Source: Candidatus Aenigmatarchaeota archaeon (lineage in GTDB: Archaea > Aenigmatarchaeota > Aenigmatarchaeia > QMZP01). From it: a DNA stretch of 10,857 bases. Positions within the stretch are counted from its first letter, which is position 1. The number at the start of each line of letters is the position of its first letter. Positions 7,860 through 10,857 of the stretch are shown here, in pieces. The stretch covers positions 1-10,857 of the forward strand of contig JAWCLA010000026.1 in assembly GCA_039091855.1 (NCBI GenBank), given 5' to 3'. The notes under the pieces were generated by a model, which saw only the letters and a program-made list of their open reading frames with translations, had not been told where the DNA came from and ran no database searches. Position numbers and translations under genes: made by a program.

Positions 7860-7974
7860 TCCGGGTAGCCCCATTATTTCATTCTTTAGAGCAAAAGCTA
7901 ATAGTATTTAAATGGATTTTTTGCAGCCTTGCGGCTAACAATCACTAAGTCCTTAGAACGAACTTATAACCCAA

Positions 7975-8166
7975 TCAAAACCTTCTTCTCTTTGCGAAGC
8001 ACTCTTTGCAGTATACAGGCCTGCCCTCTGTTGGCTTGAAAGGAACTTCCGTATCCTTTCCACACTCAGAACAAACGGCCTTGTGCATTTCTCTCGGACC
8101 GAAATCCCTGCGCTGACCGCCAAAACCGCCTTGCCTGTCGCCGAAGCGCTTTCTTTCAAATGCCAT
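7975..8166 (-). CDS. CxxC-x17-CxxC domain protein (small zinc-ribbon)
   Basis: PREMHKAVCSECGKDTEVPFKPTEGRPVYCKECF with an R/G/F-rich N-terminus. ATG at 8166 is preferred because the TATA box near 8252-8262 would put the TSS downstream of the track's 8238 start. Confidence 0.92.
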   Translation of the reverse strand: MAFERKRFGDRQGGFGGQRRDFGPREMHKAVCSECGKDTEVPFKPTEGRPVYCKECFAKRRRF

Positions 8167-8367
8167 TTTCTTTCTCTTATCGGATTTTTTGTTTCCTTTG
8201 GTGAATCCGCTTTTATCCTTTGCTTTTGGTTCTGACACTATTGGGGATTGGTATTTATATATGTTTTGCAGAATACTCTACAACTGACGATAGCATTTAT
8301 TGAATGATTCATAAAAACAACTAAGGCTAAGCGCCGATGGTCCAATGGCTAAGACAAAGGCCTTCCA

Positions 8368-8434
8368 ACCAAAAAAAGCCTTTCAATAAAAGGCTTGAGC
8401 GAAAGGGAGCTAACGCTTCCATAAGCGAGGGGAA
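8368..8434 (+). other. tRNA-Gly intron at position 37/38 (67 nt)
   Basis: Central helix CTTC/GGGG (two G-U pairs), cut sites CA^A and AA^A. No clear intron-side closing helix, so a bulge-helix-loop type junction. Exact boundary is ambiguous by 1 nt because of A runs. Confidence 0.85.
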
Positions 8435-8455
8435 AGCCTTTTATCCGGGTTCGAA

Positions 8456-8565
8456 ACCCAAGCCTTTTTACAAGAGGCTTCCGCCCTCTTCAAAAAGGCT
8501 AGGGCTTACCCAAAAACAGGCGACATAGTTAACCGATTAAAGGGTTAGCCGTGAATGAAAGAAAA
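8456..8565 (+). other. tRNA-Gly intron at position 59/60 (110 nt)
   Basis: Central helix TTCG/AGAA (one G-A mismatch), cut sites AA^A and AA^T. Removal restores TTCGAAT. Confidence 0.85.
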
Positions 8566-8579
8566 TCCCGGTCGGCGCA

Positions 8580-8597
8580 TTTTTTGATTTTTTTTTT
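8580..8597 (+). terminator. Oligo-T archaeal terminator after tRNA-Gly
   Basis: Two long T runs immediately after the discriminator base. Confidence 0.6.
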
Positions 8598-8672
8598 GTG
8601 TGACTTAGTGTAAAAATGAAGTGTTAATATATTATATTTTTAATAAGTTAAGAAGTTTATGAAAACAACCAT

Positions 8673-10424
8673 TCATTCATTACTTGTTTTCTTTATTAAA
8701 TTTTTCAAACATTCTATAAAATTTTTATTATCATTAAGTTCATTTTCCTTTTTAAAATCCCAAATGTCTTCTTCTTTGGTTATTTCTTTTAAAAAATCTT
8801 CACTCAATATATCCTTTATGTCATCCCATCTGCCATAGAAATACTCATTTATTAAAGGCAAAATTTTTCTGAACCAAACCCTTCTCAAATCTTCTTCTGT
8901 TTCTACACCCATAAAATAAGAATGTCCTATTTGCTTGTCTCTTTCACCTTTTTCAATTATTCTTTTATTTAATGCTTCCAAAAGCTCCTTCAGATTCACA
9001 CCTTTAATACTTTTGCCTTCCAATATTCTGGCATCAGGCACCATCTCAAAAAACTCAAAGCGCCTTCTTAAAGCAATATCGATTAATGCTATGCTTTTGT
9101 CGGCAGTGTTCATAGTTCCTATTATATACAGGTTTGGAGGGATGGAAAAATTCTCTTGAGAATATGTAAGCTTTAAGATTATTTCATTTTCATTACTTTC
9201 TCTTTTATCTTCTTCAATTAGCGTAATTAGCTCTCCAAATATCTTGGGTATATTCCCACGGTTTATTTCGTCTATAATTAGATAGAATTTTTTATCTCTT
9301 TCTTTCTTTGCCTTGTCTACTATATTTTTTAAGATGCCTGGTTTTATCACATATGTAACTTGCCCACCATCTATTTTTGCTGTGATGCCTTCTACAAAAT
9401 CTTCATAAGAATAACTTGGATGGAAAGTTACAAACTCTATTCTACCTTCATTTTTTATGTTTTCATATTCTTTCTTGACTTTTTCATAATTGCTGAATTT
9501 TTTAAGTTCTTCTGCATCATCACATAGTTTTGTAAAATCCTCACTTCTTTCTATCTTAACTATGACTGCTTTTGTTGCATATGTTTTTCCCGTGCCAGAA
9601 GGACCGTAGATGATTATGTTCAGCGGAAGCTGTGTTTTTGATAGTTTGTTTTCTAAACTAGCAGTTATAGAAGCATTTCGTATATCTATACTATTTTTCC
9701 ATTTTTCGAAAAATTTCTTTCCTTTTTCATTTTTATCAAAATAATTAAACATCATATCTATTTCGTGATAGATTGTTAGATGTTGACCTGAAATTTTACC
9801 AACATAATCAAGATAAAATTCTTTAAACTTTTCAAATTTTTTTGAAAAATTTTCAAAATCATTGTTATCAATTTCTTCATTTAAAATATCTGATAATATG
9901 TTTCTAGAACATGCATTGAATATTGGTATTTTATCTGGGTGTAGAATAGAATATAATTCTAAAATTCTTTTTGTAGCGTAATTTTTCGCATTAACCCCCT
10001 TACCCTTCACTTGTTCAATTAGATTATACACCTTTTCTAATATTTTTGATAAATCTTTTTTTTCTTTCAACCTTTCTATATCAAAAATTATTTGTTTTAG
10101 TTCTTCTATATAACCTTTGTCTAATAATGTTCCAAGTATACTACATGTTCCTCCAAAAAAAACAAGCCAGTCTTTATCTTTATATTTTACATTCCTTCTT
10201 GACAAAAGATATCTCAATTTATCACCAATATCTTTTTCGTCTATGTCTTTTCTCAATTCTTCTACCAAATTTTTTACAATTTCAACTCTTTTACTCCATA
10301 TCGAATCTTCAGTAAAATCATAGTTTCCATCTTCACACACATTTTTTTCCAAAACTAAATTTTTCCAATAATAAAGCAAAGGTTTTACTTTTTCTTTCCA
10401 TTCTTCATCTCGATTTTGAAGCAT
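8673..10424 (-). CDS. mcrB: McrB-family AAA+ GTPase (type IV restriction)
   Basis: Walker A GPSGTGKT, FVTFHPSYSYEDFVEG, Walker B IIDEINRGN, McrB signature MNTADKS, ALRRRF and IGHSYF. About 260-aa N-terminal domain not recognised. Confidence 0.93.
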   Translation of the reverse strand: MLQNRDEEWKEKVKPLLYYWKNLVLEKNVCEDGNYDFTEDSIWSKRVEIVKNLVEELRKDIDEKDIGDKLRYLLSRRNVKYKDKDWLVFFGGTCSILGTLLDKGYIEELKQIIFDIERLKEKKDLSKILEKVYNLIEQVKGKGVNAKNYATKRILELYSILHPDKIPIFNACSRNILSDILNEEIDNNDFENFSKKFEKFKEFYLDYVGKISGQHLTIYHEIDMMFNYFDKNEKGKKFFEKWKNSIDIRNASITASLENKLSKTQLPLNIIIYGPSGTGKTYATKAVIVKIERSEDFTKLCDDAEELKKFSNYEKVKKEYENIKNEGRIEFVTFHPSYSYEDFVEGITAKIDGGQVTYVIKPGILKNIVDKAKKERDKKFYLIIDEINRGNIPKIFGELITLIEEDKRESNENEIILKLTYSQENFSIPPNLYIIGTMNTADKSIALIDIALRRRFEFFEMVPDARILEGKSIKGVNLKELLEALNKRIIEKGERDKQIGHSYFMGVETEEDLRRVWFRKILPLINEYFYGRWDDIKDILSEDFLKEITKEEDIWDFKKENELNDNKNFIECLKNLIKKTSNE

Positions 10425-10857
10425 TTAAACACCCCCATTCAAATTTTTAAAAACTTGCTTTAAATTTTTTACAAGCTCGTCTTTCCAATCCCTTTCCTTT
10501 AGCATAGACAAATCAATTTTTCTGAAATAAATAGAAATTTTATCTTTTTCTATTGTTATAGCATTTTCTTTGCTTTCTTCCTGAATGTGTTGCGGATATA
10601 ATAGAACTCCTTTAACATTTTCATATCCTTCATTTTTGTAAAACCGACAATAAGTATAAATCTGATAAAAATCATTGCTTGGTAAATTACTTTTTTCTTT
10701 AGAAGGCATTTTCTTATATTTTGTGTCTATTACAACAACTTCTTTCTCATTTTCATTATAAACTACTATGTCAGGTATTATTTTCAGATAACCTCCATTT
10801 TGCCACGTCCCCCCTTTTCTCCCTTCTTGTATTTTTATTCTATAATATTTCCCAAAG
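10425..10857 (-). CDS. mcrC: McrC-family PD-(D/E)xK nuclease, 5'-truncated by the window edge
   Basis: The frame stays open upstream of the track's 10709 start to the window end: IIPDIVV..VVVIDTKYKK..DFYQIYTY..GVLLYP, the McrC C-terminal motifs. Its TAA abuts the mcrB ATG. Confidence 0.88.
   Translation of the reverse strand, partial: FGKYYRIKIQEGRKGGTWQNGGYLKIIPDIVVYNENEKEVVVIDTKYKKMPSKEKSNLPSNDFYQIYTYCRFYKNEGYENVKGVLLYPQHIQEESKENAITIEKDKISIYFRKIDLSMLKERDWKDELVKNLKQVFKNLNGGV

Larger units (their letters stand above)
7612..7873 (+). tRNA. tRNA-Pro(GGG) with two introns; exons 7612-7651, 7737-7757, 7860-7873
   Basis: Spliced sequence folds as a full cloverleaf: acceptor GGGGCTA/TAGCCCC+A, D stem GTGT/GCAT, anticodon stem GGAGC/GCTTC with loop AT-GGG-GT, T arm CCCGG-TTCAAAT-CCGGG. 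CCA is not encoded. Confidence 0.93.
8331..8579 (+). tRNA. tRNA-Gly(TCC) with two introns; exons 8331-8367, 8435-8455, 8566-8579
   Basis: Acceptor GCGCCGA/TCGGCGC+A, anticodon stem AAGGC/GCCTT with loop CT-TCC-AA, T arm CCGGG-TTCGAAT-CCCGG. A T-tract follows. CCA is not encoded. Confidence 0.93.

Noticed and set aside
8337-8528. 63-aa ORF, possible intron-encoded protein
   Set aside because: It runs through tRNA-Gly exons, and the introns are too short to encode a homing endonuclease.
7612-8579. Split (trans-spliced) or permuted tRNAs
   Set aside because: All exons are colinear, on the same strand and joined by cis BHB-like motifs, so ordinary cis-splicing explains them.

Overview
Archaeal window, probably from a DPANN-type lineage (inferred from the three-unit splicing endonuclease, TATA/GGAGGT signals and gene content). 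Protein genes: tRNA-splicing endonuclease EndA, a secreted beta-propeller protein, a PC4-like small protein, a COG2426 membrane protein, a bacterial-type MetK, an HTH-CBS regulator, a CxxC-x17-CxxC protein, two small ORFs absent from the ORF track, and an AT-rich McrC-McrB module that runs off the right edge. The main observation is two tRNA genes, Pro(GGG) at 7612-7873 and Gly(TCC) at 8331-8579. Each is split by two long introns (67-110 nt) at positions 37/38 and 59/60, with relaxed bulge-helix-bulge (BHB) junctions. The introns contain a palindromic element (AGCC-stem-loop-GGCT, usually followed by an ACCC/AA tail) that also occurs as free intergenic copies at about 1430-1469 and 7434-7570. 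This suggests a REP/MITE-like hairpin family that sits inside, or seeds, EndA-spliced tRNA introns. All structures were paired by eye and no database searches were run.
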